Origin: a virus
Taxonomy: Duplodnaviria; Caudoviricetes
DNA: 64,000 bases
IMG/VR virus record: IMGVR_UViG_3300021958_000036
Location: 1-64,000 of that record
Reading direction: 5' to 3' (one strand)
Numbering within the stretch: position 1 is the first letter of the stretch; the number at the start of each line of letters is the position of its first letter. Below the pieces are notes generated by a model. The model saw only the letters and a program-made list of their open reading frames with translations. It was not told the DNA's origin and searched no databases. This document shows positions 30,438-40,432 of the stretch, piece after piece. The position numbers were made by a program, and so were the translations under genes.

Positions 30438-33400
30438 TTACTCAAAACTTACACCTGAATTTGTGATAATGAAGTCCATTTGAATAAATTCAACAGCTCT
30501 GGTTGGAACTAAGATGATTGTTCCATTTAACTTGTTGTTTTCTACGTCGTTTTGAGTGTTGTTTGATGAATCCATAACAACCTTGAACTGATCAATACCT
30601 TGCTGCGACTGAATTGTAGCTAGTAGAGGTGTAACCTGAGCAACGAATCTAGCTCGAGTTGCCGGTGTGTTCTGTTCAAAGATAATTCTATTACCAACTT
30701 CAGAAACAAGCCTCTTAACCTCTAACAACATTCTTCTAACATTAACTCTGTCAAGAGCTGAACGATTCTGTTGAAGTGTTTTTTGTCCGAAAATAACAAA
30801 ACCACCATTAGGGAAGTTTGCAATTGGATTAATTCTTGCTTCGTAAAGGGTATCTCTGTCTTCCGTGTTAAGTCTTATCTCTGTGTTAATAACATCACCT
30901 AGGGCAGCTCTGTTAAAGCCAGCAGGAGCAAACCAGGGATATGCTACAGAATCATTATAAGCTATAGCACCAATTGCTGCAATTGAAGCTGGCATATTTA
31001 TTGCTTCGTTATTAACAGGATCGTTTTTAATAACATCTGGGAAATAAGCTGCAACATAATTGTTGTCAATAGCTCTTCCTTCAAACTGCTCAACAGATTT
31101 TCTAACGTTAGGTCTAGTTGTAGCATCGTCATAAAGAATAGCATTGTCATCGTTGTATGCAGGAATATCCATAAGATAAATTGCTTTGCTATAATCTCTT
31201 GTAAGATCTGAGATGTAATCAGTTACAAAGCTTCCTCTAATACCAGGTACTGCAATAATGTTTGCTCTAGATGATAATTCATCTGTAATTACTCTTCCCG
31301 CAGTTCTGTATGATGAAATAATATTGTTTTCAACACCAACACCTGCAGCAGTACTATTTAATAAGTTTTCTGAACCAGCAGCAGCAGAAGCAGCTTTACC
31401 ACCTGTGTCAACAGAAGCTGCTTTATCGTTCATTAATCTTTGATCTCTATCAAAAATATTGAGACCATCAAAACCACCATAAAAGAAGTTTGTAAACTTT
31501 AAATAATCAGTAAACTTGTTAAATGTTGGGACAGCTCTCATTTGAGGTGACGTATCTGTTTTGTCAATTTTATTTGTAATAAGCGATGCAAGAGTTAATC
31601 GATTTGTACCACCATCATCAATTGTCATGTTTGGAAATGATAACAATCCATTTCTAATGTAAGCTGCTTCTCTAATGTGCTCTGCAGCTGTTCCTGTAAT
31701 CTCAGTCTTGATTGCTGTTGGTAAGTCATGAGTTGTATCACTTTGAGGATTAATAGCAACCCTTGCAAGTGAAAATTTATTGTTGTTAAATGTATCAACA
31801 TCAGATCCAGTAACAACAACATCTAACTTTGCCAAGCCTAAGAACTTAGAATAAGAAGCTATCAGCCCATTGGGTGTGTCCGAAGCATTTGAATACAAAA
31901 CAGAATTACCTAAAGACTCAGTCAAAGGAACTCTTTCAAACTTAACACCCCAGAAGTATCTAGAATCAGCAAGCTCTAAAGATCCTGCCTGACCAGTCAA
32001 AGAAGGTGAACTGTTAACTGCCCCTCTTGTCTGCTTAAATCTAAATGGTACAGGAGGAACAACTGAATAATCTAAGTTACTAGCTTCAGAAGCATGAGGT
32101 TTGTGATTAAGCCTCATGACGTTATCATTACCTTCTCCGATAATAGTGTTATCATCTGAAAGTGTACTTGATGTTCTTAGTGCAGGAAGACCTCTGAAAC
32201 CAAAAGGAAGAGTTTCTTTAGGAATCTTCTTATCCTCAACATTTGCATTCATTACAATTCTAACATATTCAGAAAGGTTTGGTCTTTTTCCTGAAACATT
32301 AACTCTTCTTTCAGATTCTGTTTCTGCATCAAAGTTGTAATAAAGCTTCATGTCACCAATCTTTGAGGCAACATAATTTTCATCTGCAGGGTTAAGTGTA
32401 CACTGTGAAAACTGCTCTAAGACTTTCATGTTGGTGTCTGAATCATAAAAGTCTCTAACAAGAACTGTAAATGTTCCGTATGGATCTTTAGGGTCAGATG
32501 ATCTTCTTAAATTGCTAATTGAAACTTTAACCCTTGTGTTTCCTGCCTCACCATCATCAAGCGATTCAAAGTAAAATAGATCATATTCAACATTACCAAA
32601 AGGTTGTGAAATAAACTCTGTTGTTCTTGCAGTTTGATATCTGGTATCAAATCTACCAAATGCTTCGCCAAGCGATAAATTTGAATCGCCACTTGTTGGT
32701 ACTGTTCCGTTTGTACCAGAAAGAATTGCAACAGTTGAATTTGTGTCGTGATATAATGTTTTTGCAATTTCTTTTTCAACTGGAAAATCAGCATAAAGAA
32801 GATGTTGTTCTACACCAAATCTATCTGGGCTTGTATTTAATATTTTTCCAATATAATTCTTGTTTGTTGGATCTAAAGATGCAGTGTAAATCTTGACCCC
32901 TGCATATCCTTCATCATTAGAAAAACTAGAACCCAAAGCAGATGAAAGAACCAGTTTAAAAGTTCCTTCAGATTCAGTTCCGTCATAACTGTTAATCTTA
33001 GCTGAGTCATCAGCAGTGTTTCCTAAATAGTTGTCATCAAAATTCATAACTTCAAGTCTTGCACCTGAAGCCATCATTACCATACCTCTAATTAATTGAA
33101 CTGTACCACCAGCTGAAATGTTAAATGTGTCATTATCAGTAAAGATTGGATAACCCACAGATTCCCATTCTGTCGGAACTTCATGCGCAGCTGCAATAAA
33201 CTGAACACCACCATTTCTTCTTGGCTCGTCGTGTCCCAATCCTGAAGCTGCAGCTCCTGAACCGCTTACAATAAAGCCAGCATTTTTTACTGTTCCTTTT
33301 ACTTGCGTTGCATTAATATCTGAAACCGTGCTGTTAGCACCAGCACCTAAAACTCTAATATATGTCGCAGCAGTTCTATATTGTAAAAATGCATCAACTG

Positions 33401-33605
33401 CATACGGGCCAAACTTATCTGGATCCAATGTTCCAAATTTTCTCTCAAAATCTACAAAAGAACCTACTGTGACAGGCACAAATGCAGGACCGCGTTGAGC
33501 AGTTCCAATAATACCTGCAGGAACACCTTCAATTTCCTGTGATCTTTGTGTCAGGTCAACTTCTCTTTCAAAGAATCCTGGCGATCTAAATGTCTGTTCT
33601 GCCAT
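30438..33605 (-). CDS. Tail sheath protein, paralog A
   Basis: 'SPGFFEREVDL', 'PWFAPAGFNR', 'FGQKTL...SALDRVNVRRML', 'PTRAVEFI'. Confidence 0.9.
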   Translation of the reverse strand: MAEQTFRSPGFFEREVDLTQRSQEIEGVPAGIIGTAQRGPAFVPVTVGSFVDFERKFGTLDPDKFGPYAVDAFLQYRTAATYIRVLGAGANSTVSDINATQVKGTVKNAGFIVSGSGAAASGLGHDEPRRNGGVQFIAAAHEVPTEWESVGYPIFTDNDTFNISAGGTVQLIRGMVMMASGARLEVMNFDDNYLGNTADDSAKINSYDGTESEGTFKLVLSSALGSSFSNDEGYAGVKIYTASLDPTNKNYIGKILNTSPDRFGVEQHLLYADFPVEKEIAKTLYHDTNSTVAILSGTNGTVPTSGDSNLSLGEAFGRFDTRYQTARTTEFISQPFGNVEYDLFYFESLDDGEAGNTRVKVSISNLRRSSDPKDPYGTFTVLVRDFYDSDTNMKVLEQFSQCTLNPADENYVASKIGDMKLYYNFDAETESERRVNVSGKRPNLSEYVRIVMNANVEDKKIPKETLPFGFRGLPALRTSSTLSDDNTIIGEGNDNVMRLNHKPHASEASNLDYSVVPPVPFRFKQTRGAVNSSPSLTGQAGSLELADSRYFWGVKFERVPLTESLGNSVLYSNASDTPNGLIASYSKFLGLAKLDVVVTGSDVDTFNNNKFSLARVAINPQSDTTHDLPTAIKTEITGTAAEHIREAAYIRNGLLSFPNMTIDDGGTNRLTLASLITNKIDKTDTSPQMRAVPTFNKFTDYLKFTNFFYGGFDGLNIFDRDQRLMNDKAASVDTGGKAASAAAGSENLLNSTAAGVGVENNIISSYRTAGRVITDELSSRANIIAVPGIRGSFVTDYISDLTRDYSKAIYLMDIPAYNDDNAILYDDATTRPNVRKSVEQFEGRAIDNNYVAAYFPDVIKNDPVNNEAINMPASIAAIGAIAYNDSVAYPWFAPAGFNRAALGDVINTEIRLNTEDRDTLYEARINPIANFPNGGFVIFGQKTLQQNRSALDRVNVRRMLLEVKRLVSEVGNRIIFEQNTPATRARFVAQVTPLLATIQSQQGIDQFKVVMDSSNNTQNDVENNKLNGTIILVPTRAVEFIQMDFIITNSGVSFE

Positions 33606-33665
33606 TAATCACTCCTTAAATTACTATCATAACTATCAACTTATAATCCAATTATCTTTTCTTTC

Positions 33666-34874
33666 TCACTCATACTGTCTTTCAATTTTATCAACAATCA
33701 AACTTGATATCACAGATTCACCAGATCTTTTATTGGTTGTCAACACCTTTGAAAATTTAACTTCATTCTCACCAGTAAATGGGTTCTGAACATAATATTG
33801 CAAATCTTCTGATGTTTCTCCTCTTTTTAAGTCTGCCAAATCTTCTTGAGCAGTTAAGTCTGTTAGGATTAATCTTTTATCTCTTTCTTCACTTCTTTCG
33901 GGTTGGTTATTAAAAACAACATCAGTGTTAGGTTCTTCATATCCAAAATCAATAACAGGAGCAGAAAAATATGATCTTAAAGAGTTAGGTAAACCTGATA
34001 TCTTAGGATTTAAAATGTAACCCGGGACTGTCAAGTTTATTGTATGTTTTATTATTCTCTCAGAATCAGTTAAACCTGAATCAAAATTATTGTTTGCTGT
34101 AAATTTATTATCAAAAAATGCAACCAACTCAAAACCGTCAGGCGTTTTCATTGTTATTTCTTCACCTTGCCCTTCAAAGCTAGAAATTAGATATTCCATC
34201 ATGTCGTTAGCTTGTGAAAGATATTGTGTCCAAAAAACAACGCTATATGAAATAGCAACAAAGTCTGGATAGGGAATCTCAATAATTTCATATATGTTTT
34301 TATTTAAATCTTCAGCAAGAGATATTGTACCACCATTTGTTGAAAAACTAAGATTTTTGCCATTTTTTCTAGATGCAACGCTACCAGGCGCTGCATTATT
34401 CCCAGGAAAAATAGAATTATCTAAAAAATTTCTTCTTGCTGTTACGTTTTCTTGATTTCTCAATCCCATCTTGTTTAAAATATTCTGATATTTTCTATCG
34501 TTTTCTGCAAGTCTTTTCTTTATTGTGTAGCTTGTTTGCTCTCTAAACGCAATTGGTGTCTTTTTGCCTGCTTGATCAGGAGAAAAGTCAATACCCTCTC
34601 TCATAATTGAAATAATCGGTAAAATAATTGCATTGTTTCTGTCTCTAATAGGATCTTTTCTTCTAGTCAGCGCAAATCTTTCACCAGTCGCAAAGACAAC
34701 AGGAACTTTTCTTGATTCTTTTTTCTGTGTTGTTTGAAAGTTTAATTTCTCATCAAATAATTTAAAAACAGCACGATCAATATCTTCAATTCCAATGCTT
34801 GGAAAGTCAAAGTTTTCTGGAGTGTTTGTTCCATCAAACTGAGGTATGATTTTATCGCCTTTTTTAATTGACAT
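33666..34874 (-). CDS. Tail completion / terminator protein (gp15-like)
   Basis: 'IEDIDRAV', 'VPVVFATGERF', 'LPIISI'; lies between neck and sheath genes. Confidence 0.6.
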   Translation of the reverse strand: MSIKKGDKIIPQFDGTNTPENFDFPSIGIEDIDRAVFKLFDEKLNFQTTQKKESRKVPVVFATGERFALTRRKDPIRDRNNAIILPIISIMREGIDFSPDQAGKKTPIAFREQTSYTIKKRLAENDRKYQNILNKMGLRNQENVTARRNFLDNSIFPGNNAAPGSVASRKNGKNLSFSTNGGTISLAEDLNKNIYEIIEIPYPDFVAISYSVVFWTQYLSQANDMMEYLISSFEGQGEEITMKTPDGFELVAFFDNKFTANNNFDSGLTDSERIIKHTINLTVPGYILNPKISGLPNSLRSYFSAPVIDFGYEEPNTDVVFNNQPERSEERDKRLILTDLTAQEDLADLKRGETSEDLQYYVQNPFTGENEVKFSKVLTTNKRSGESVISSLIVDKIERQYE

Positions 34875-35542
34875 TATTTATCATCTCCATAGAAAGATGA
34901 ACCCGCTCCTGTTGAATCACCACTAGGAGAAACTTCTCTTGGTCCAGAAAGTGGTTCATCTAAAACACCATTCTTTCTTAAATCTCTAACATCTGCTGTC
35001 TTACCAAGCCTGTTAGATTCATATCCGCGCTGCTGAACAAATGTTTCTTGTACTGCATCTGCATCTGTATATTCTTCTGAGGTCGGACCAAATACTTTTG
35101 AAAGAAACAAACCTTTTCTTGATTGTTTTCCTGTAATGGTTATGTAACGCTGGTGTTCAATTTGACCCATAATAATATCTGATGATGGACTAGTAACAAC
35201 TTCAAAAAATATGGTCCCGTAAGAAAAGAAGTCACCCTCTAATATTTCAATTCCCTTATCTAAGAGATCTCTTGATTGAATATAAGCTTCAACTGTGTAG
35301 TATTTTTCAGAACCAAAACGATCTGTTGTTGTGTCAGGAGCTGTGTATTTTACAAAACATTCAATTTCTATCGGGTTTTCAAAAATCTTTTCAGGAGATT
35401 CCTCGTAAACATCATGAACTTTAGACTTGATTTCAGAAATAGGGAAATAATATATTTTCTGACCAACGACGTCTTTGATAACTTCTTTTGCAATGTCATT
35501 TATAAAATTTAACTCTCTAGGAGTTATAAAAAGTCTAGGCAT
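34874..35542 (-). CDS. Neck / head-closure protein (gp14-like)
   Basis: 'VVGQKIYYF...VYEES..K.F..PIEI', 'EGDFF'; synteny. Confidence 0.6.
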   Translation of the reverse strand: MPRLFITPRELNFINDIAKEVIKDVVGQKIYYFPISEIKSKVHDVYEESPEKIFENPIEIECFVKYTAPDTTTDRFGSEKYYTVEAYIQSRDLLDKGIEILEGDFFSYGTIFFEVVTSPSSDIIMGQIEHQRYITITGKQSRKGLFLSKVFGPTSEEYTDADAVQETFVQQRGYESNRLGKTADVRDLRKNGVLDEPLSGPREVSPSGDSTGAGSSFYGDDK

Positions 35543-35547
35543 TTAAT

Positions 35548-36705
35548 CTACCCCGTAAATATTGCCTTACCTTGTGGCATGGGCACAAATTTTAGTTGTT
35601 TGTTTATGTTTTCAGCTCTTGTTGCTTGAATCTCTGTTAACTTTTCATAAGTCATTGAATCCAACATTTCTCTCAATGTTGTTTTTAAAGCTTCAGCGTC
35701 AGACCTTCCGTTACTCAACAAATCGCCACCATTTAACTGAACTGTATCTCCCGGAACTGGAATGTTTCCAAACTTAGATCTAATCTGTCCTAGAGTTTGC
35801 ATGCACAAGGCAGCAGTATACTGTCTAATCCACTGTCTTCCAATGGAATTAATTCTGTTGTATTGAATGTTTCCAAAAGGAATGTTGCTCATGTTTGAAA
35901 CACCGTAAGAGGTGTTATCAGTATATGCAGGAGAAAGAGGATCAGCGTATTGACGCATTCTTATCCACAATGTTTTGTTTTCAACTGTAGGAGTCGGAAA
36001 GATACGAATCTTGGTACCCTCTACCCTGTAGGAGTAATTTGAACGCCTAACCCTGTTAGATAAATCAAGCTGACCTGCTCGCAGTATGTCTTCAAAGACT
36101 GGCAACACGTAGAATATCGTCTCAGGTGTAAACGACTCAAAAGAAAATTCATTGTTAAGATAATTGATAGCTGAAGTTGTGTCAAAGAATCTATAGGCAG
36201 CTTGGGGATTAAAATGATAAACTTCAACAACTTTAATCTTGCCTCTAGAATCATCAAATAGAGGCGTTCCACTCTCGTCTTTGAGTTCTGTATAAATATC
36301 ATAGTCTTGGCGGCCAGCCTCAAGAGAAATCGATCCCGACATCATGTTGTAAGATCCACCGATTCCTGCTTCCATTGCATATGGTTCCGCGAAGCGTGTT
36401 AAAAATTCTAAGTTCTGGCGCGGAAATCTTTCTTCGCTACCGCTCATTATTGAGCCTGTCGGGAAACCTAGAAAATCAACAAGCTGAGACTTGGCCTGAT
36501 ACTGATTGACAATAGAACTGTATTCTAATACAGCCTCTTCAAAATTAGCAAAAATCTGTTTCTTTGTCAATTCTACTGATAATACATCGTCCCCAAGCTT
36601 ACGCTTAACAAAAACAACCATGCTATCAGCTTCGGTTATGAAATCACTTTCTAAATCATAAAAACCAAATGGTGTAGGGTTTGTTATATTTGCAAATGTA
36701 GCCAC
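35548..36705 (-). CDS. Neck / head-tail adaptor protein (gp13-like)
   Basis: 'KRKLG..VLSVELT', 'WIRQYTAA', 'LGQIRSKF..IPVPG..VQLNG'. Confidence 0.7.
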   Translation of the reverse strand: MATFANITNPTPFGFYDLESDFITEADSMVVFVKRKLGDDVLSVELTKKQIFANFEEAVLEYSSIVNQYQAKSQLVDFLGFPTGSIMSGSEERFPRQNLEFLTRFAEPYAMEAGIGGSYNMMSGSISLEAGRQDYDIYTELKDESGTPLFDDSRGKIKVVEVYHFNPQAAYRFFDTTSAINYLNNEFSFESFTPETIFYVLPVFEDILRAGQLDLSNRVRRSNYSYRVEGTKIRIFPTPTVENKTLWIRMRQYADPLSPAYTDNTSYGVSNMSNIPFGNIQYNRINSIGRQWIRQYTAALCMQTLGQIRSKFGNIPVPGDTVQLNGGDLLSNGRSDAEALKTTLREMLDSMTYEKLTEIQATRAENINKQLKFVPMPQGKAIFTG

Positions 36706-36790
36706 GCTTTTTCACCTCAAGTTGCTATACTATTTATATATAGGCGAACACAACGGGACTAAACTAGAATTGACGGTACTAATTCATATA

Positions 36791-37093
36791 TTAGTCATCA
36801 AGCGAAACATCAACATTTTTTTCGTTTAATTTAATTGCACTATGCATTTTCGTTGCTTTTGAATAACTTAAATTCTTAGCAGACTTACTGATAGGCTTTC
36901 CTATCTTTCCTTTTGACTTGCCATGCACAACTTTCCACTTATCGCCCTTTGTCTTATCTGCATAATCTTTGTTAGAAATCTTTTCTTTTTCCCTTTTCTT
37001 TTTCCATTGTTTTAAACTGTAACCCATTGGCACAACATACTCTGAAAGTATCTCTCTTATTAAAAGTCTTATCTGTCTTTCACTAGTTAACAT
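36791..37093 (-). CDS. Basic hypothetical protein with LIREILSE leader
   Basis: 100 aa, Lys-rich; GGAG SD; ATATTTA motif upstream. Confidence 0.6.
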   Translation of the reverse strand: MLTSERQIRLLIREILSEYVVPMGYSLKQWKKKREKEKISNKDYADKTKGDKWKVVHGKSKGKIGKPISKSAKNLSYSKATKMHSAIKLNEKNVDVSLDD

Positions 37094-37120
37094 TATGTTG
37101 CTCCTGAGTATAATCTAAAT

Positions 37121-37435
37121 ATGCAACATCTATACATTGTTCAAAGTGATATTACTGGTGCTATAAAAATCGGTAGAAGTAAAAACGTTGAAAAAAGACT
37201 TAAACAGCTTCAAACAGGAAGTCCATACAAGCTTAAGCTCATACTAGAATTGAAACATCAAGGTTACATTGAAAAGCATTTACACCATCTACTTAAAGAA
37301 AAGAAGTGCAACTGTAGAGGTGAATGGTTTGACTTTGTGGCCACTGGCTATCTGCCCGACGAAATTACTGAAATGCTTGATCTTGACCTCATCAATTCTT
37401 GGTGGGATCATTCTCTGGATGTTCGTCACTCGTGA
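37121..37435 (+). CDS. GIY-YIG nuclease (T5orf172/MUG113-like)
   Basis: 'LYIVQ...IKIGRS.NVEKRLKQLQTGSP', 'EK.LH', 'GEWF'. Confidence 0.8.
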   Translation: MQHLYIVQSDITGAIKIGRSKNVEKRLKQLQTGSPYKLKLILELKHQGYIEKHLHHLLKEKKCNCRGEWFDFVATGYLPDEITEMLDLDLINSWWDHSLDVRHS

Positions 37436-37799
37436 AGTACTCAGATATGTGCTTCTTGGGTAAAACCTGTTGAGAAACTAAAATCAAAGAAACTAAAATT
37501 AAACTAACGACGTTTCTTATTGTCAAAAACTGTTCACCTAAAAAGTAACTAGCACATGATGCAAATACAAATATATTGACACCATAAGCTATTAACTTAA
37601 CAGGCCAGACAAAACCATTAAAAACTTCTGTCATTATCACCCAATAGTTGTATCCAATTAAGAAACATATTGGAGATATTAGCAATGCATTTATCCAAAA
37701 GTTATTGTCCCACCACGCGCTAAAAAGTCTTCCATTAAGTTGCAACCAGACAAGAACATGGCTAGTTGTTAATAAAAAAATCGCGTATAATACTTTCAT
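37392..37799 (-). CDS. Small multi-pass membrane protein
   Basis: Four hydrophobic segments with an SMR/DMT-like layout; GAGG SD. Confidence 0.55.
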   Translation of the reverse strand: MKVLYAIFLLTTSHVLVWLQLNGRLFSAWWDNNFWINALLISPICFLIGYNYWVIMTEVFNGFVWPVKLIAYGVNIFVFASCASYFLGEQFLTIRNVVSLILVSLILVSQQVLPKKHISEYFTSDEHPENDPTKN

Positions 37800-37866
37800 C
37801 TGAACCTCTCGTCGATAAGTATTATACGCGATTATACTTTAAAAAATGTCTTTGATTTGTTACAAA

Positions 37867-38271
37867 TTAATAATCAAATTCGCTAACTGTTAAAATCAAT
37901 TGATTTTTGTCAAATAAAGGAACAGTCTTGACACCATAACCTAGCTTTTTTAACTCGTCAGAAACTTTATAAGAATTATCATCTAGCGAAGATATCCGAA
38001 CATTAACAGTCATTGAACGCTCATCACCAACTTCAATCCTATCTAGTTTCACAGTCTTGTCATTTCTTCTTTCTACAACATTATAATAACGGTCAGGCTT
38101 TACACCTGTGCTATCATACACTGCTTTAAAGACTTCAACTGCAAAATCCTTTAAATCCTCGGGAGCACTTAACATATTCCACCCGCTAGATTCACGAATT
38201 ATCTTTCTGTTATCTGCCTTGAAAACCTCTTCATTAATAAGTTTTCTTAGCTGACGTCTTGTTAATCTCAT
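37867..38271 (-). CDS. Hypothetical protein with LRKLINEE leader
   Basis: Likely start MRLTRRQLRKLINEE at 38271, overlapping the upstream TGA. Confidence 0.6.
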   Translation of the reverse strand: MRLTRRQLRKLINEEVFKADNRKIIRESSGWNMLSAPEDLKDFAVEVFKAVYDSTGVKPDRYYNVVERRNDKTVKLDRIEVGDERSMTVNVRISSLDDNSYKVSDELKKLGYGVKTVPLFDKNQLILTVSEFDY

Positions 38272-38657
38272 CAGTCGTATCTTCCCATCATAATATCTGA
38301 ACAGCAATCAAGAATAGCTTGTTTTGTAACAGGACATTCACAACATTCAACTAAACATTTAATAGCTGCACAACAATCTTCACGTGAAACAGATCCCTTG
38401 TCTAACATGCTGTGATTTTGATGATCGTGTGCCATGTGCATATCAGTTTTTTCTTCAGGAAACCCGTCACATTCACAAGGATTTTGTCCACACGAAGGGC
38501 ATGGAGCACCATAATCATCACAAGTACATGGGCTTTGACCGCAAGAGGGACATGTTGCTAATGACTGCATTGGGATAATACTCATATTTCCCATTCCCAT
38601 CATATGCATTTCTTGCAAAATCATTTTCTTTATTTTATTTCTATTTAACTTAGACAT
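38271..38657 (-). CDS. Cys/His-rich metallothionein-like protein with KMILQE leader
   Basis: Repeated CPSCGQxPCxC twice, 'HMAHDH', 'CC..IKCLVECCEC...CC'. Confidence 0.6.
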   Translation of the reverse strand: MSKLNRNKIKKMILQEMHMMGMGNMSIIPMQSLATCPSCGQSPCTCDDYGAPCPSCGQNPCECDGFPEEKTDMHMAHDHQNHSMLDKGSVSREDCCAAIKCLVECCECPVTKQAILDCCSDIMMGRYD

Positions 38658-38677
38658 TTTACAAACCTAATTTTTAA

Positions 38678-39028
38678 CTAACTTTTTGATGAAGACTTTT
38701 TACTGCGCCTTCTTCTTTTTGAAGTTGTTGATGTAGAAGTAGTAGATTTAGCTTTTGTTGTTTTTCTTTTTTCAGCTTCAACAACAACTTTTTCTTCTAA
38801 AACTTTAGCTTTAACTTCTTTTTCTTCTTTAACTTCAGCTTCCGATTGTGTAGTTTCAAGAACAGGAATTTTTACTTCAACATTACTAATTGTGGACTCT
38901 GAGCCTTCCTTTATTTCGGGTTCTTGAATTAATTCTTGTTTAGCAATAACAGCTTTGCCTTTTTTGTTGATAACCAAGCTTCCTTGTTTTACTTTTCTTA
39001 ATGTCGCTCTTTGTGAAGCACGTGCCAT
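38678..39028 (-). CDS. Hypothetical protein with basic Ser/Thr/Arg C-terminal tail
   Basis: 116 aa; GGAG SD; ends 'SKRRRRSKKSSSKS'. Confidence 0.55.
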   Translation of the reverse strand: MARASQRATLRKVKQGSLVINKKGKAVIAKQELIQEPEIKEGSESTISNVEVKIPVLETTQSEAEVKEEKEVKAKVLEEKVVVEAEKRKTTKAKSTTSTSTTSKRRRRSKKSSSKS

Positions 39029-39130
39029 TTTTATCTCCTTTTTTGATTAATGCAACATAAATTTAAAACTAAATCAATGTTTATTTAATAATTATGCAAT
39101 AAAATAATAAAAAACAAAAAAGGTTAGATC

Positions 39131-40060
39131 ATGAATTCTATGAAAGAAATACTAAAAGAGTGGAGAAAATTCACTAAATCAAATCTACTTACTGAAAGAA
39201 CTGCACCAAATCAATATTATCCAAGAGATTACCAAACTGCTGAGCAAAACATTGTTCAAAAGTTTAAAGACCATACGTGGATTTTCTTTGATACAGAAAC
39301 ATCAGGATTAGACGAAAAAGAACCACATGTTCAAATAACTCAACTAGCTGCAATCGGATATAATACAAACGCTTTTGAAACAAAACCCGAAGAAGTTGAA
39401 GGTGCAAGATTTAATATGAAAATTGAATTACAACCTGCAACACTTGAAAGAAAAGAACAAGAAGACTCAGGCGAAATTCCTTCTGATAATTACTCAATTT
39501 CAAACTTACTAGAAATGACTCGCTACTACGACGAACCATTTCAACCTCAAAGTCCAGCTGCAGTTGCACAAGCTTTCACAGACTTTATCATGAATGTAAG
39601 AGCACAAAGTCCATCAGGTAGCATCGTCTTAATTGCACACAATGCAGATTTTGATGTAAAAATGTTAAATGAACTATATCGTAGAGCTGGAATCACTCCC
39701 CCTGACGCAACCGCAATAGATTCTCTTGCATTCACAGATATCTATTTTAAGCCCGTTTTAGAATATATCATGAGCAACCAATTAGCTGATGAAGAAGACC
39801 AAAGATTAGCTGATGCAATAACTCTAATGAATAGAAAAGGAAAACCTTACTACGCCAGCAAACTAGGAAATCTTGTCACAGGTTTTGAAATAGAAAACAA
39901 AGGATGGCATGAAGCCACTGCAGACATAGCCATGACAATGGATGTTCTTCACAGTGTAATTGACTATATGCGCAGAAAAGGTGTAAACTATCCCGATGCT
40001 CAACCCGGACCTATGACCTATAAGTTCAGAAGAGGTGGTGCTGGTCCATTTCAAATGTAA
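39131..40060 (+). CDS. DEDDh 3'-5' exonuclease (DnaQ-like) with N-terminal ILKEW/LLTE leader
   Basis: ExoI 'FFDTETSG', ExoII 'AHNADFD', ExoIII 'HEATAD'. Confidence 0.8.
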   Translation: MNSMKEILKEWRKFTKSNLLTERTAPNQYYPRDYQTAEQNIVQKFKDHTWIFFDTETSGLDEKEPHVQITQLAAIGYNTNAFETKPEEVEGARFNMKIELQPATLERKEQEDSGEIPSDNYSISNLLEMTRYYDEPFQPQSPAAVAQAFTDFIMNVRAQSPSGSIVLIAHNADFDVKMLNELYRRAGITPPDATAIDSLAFTDIYFKPVLEYIMSNQLADEEDQRLADAITLMNRKGKPYYASKLGNLVTGFEIENKGWHEATADIAMTMDVLHSVIDYMRRKGVNYPDAQPGPMTYKFRRGGAGPFQM

Positions 40061-40087
40061 AAATTAGCCAAAATCCCGGAGGTTCAT

Positions 40088-40432
40088 ATGAAGCCTATCA
40101 TCATCAAAGACAGCAAGCTACCCCAAGCTCTGTCTTTTTTTATTGATATCTACGCCATAACTCTTTACCCTTTTATTATCATAAAAGACAAAGGAAATGA
40201 AACAACCATAAACCATGAAAAGATACACATAGCGCAACAAAAAGAGTTATTTGTAATAGGTTTCTATGTTTTATATGTTTACTATTGGCTTAAAGGTAAA
40301 GTTAAAGGATTGTCAAATGACGCAGCTTATATGAATATTCCTTTTGAACGAGAAGCTTACACAAAACAATATGATTTAAAATATCTTGAGAATAGAAAAA
40401 AGCATGCTTGGAAAAACTATTTAAAATCATAA
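40088..40432 (+). CDS. Small HExxH protein (zincin-like)
   Basis: 'AITLYPFI', 'INHEKIHIAQ', 'IPFEREAY'; GGAGG SD. Confidence 0.6.
   Translation: MKPIIIKDSKLPQALSFFIDIYAITLYPFIIIKDKGNETTINHEKIHIAQQKELFVIGFYVLYVYYWLKGKVKGLSNDAAYMNIPFEREAYTKQYDLKYLENRKKHAWKNYLKS

Noticed and set aside
27384-36705. Interpreting the tail cluster as a bacterial eCIS or tailocin locus
   Set aside because: Portal, terminase, protease, capsid and replication genes are contiguous with it, so this is a phage.
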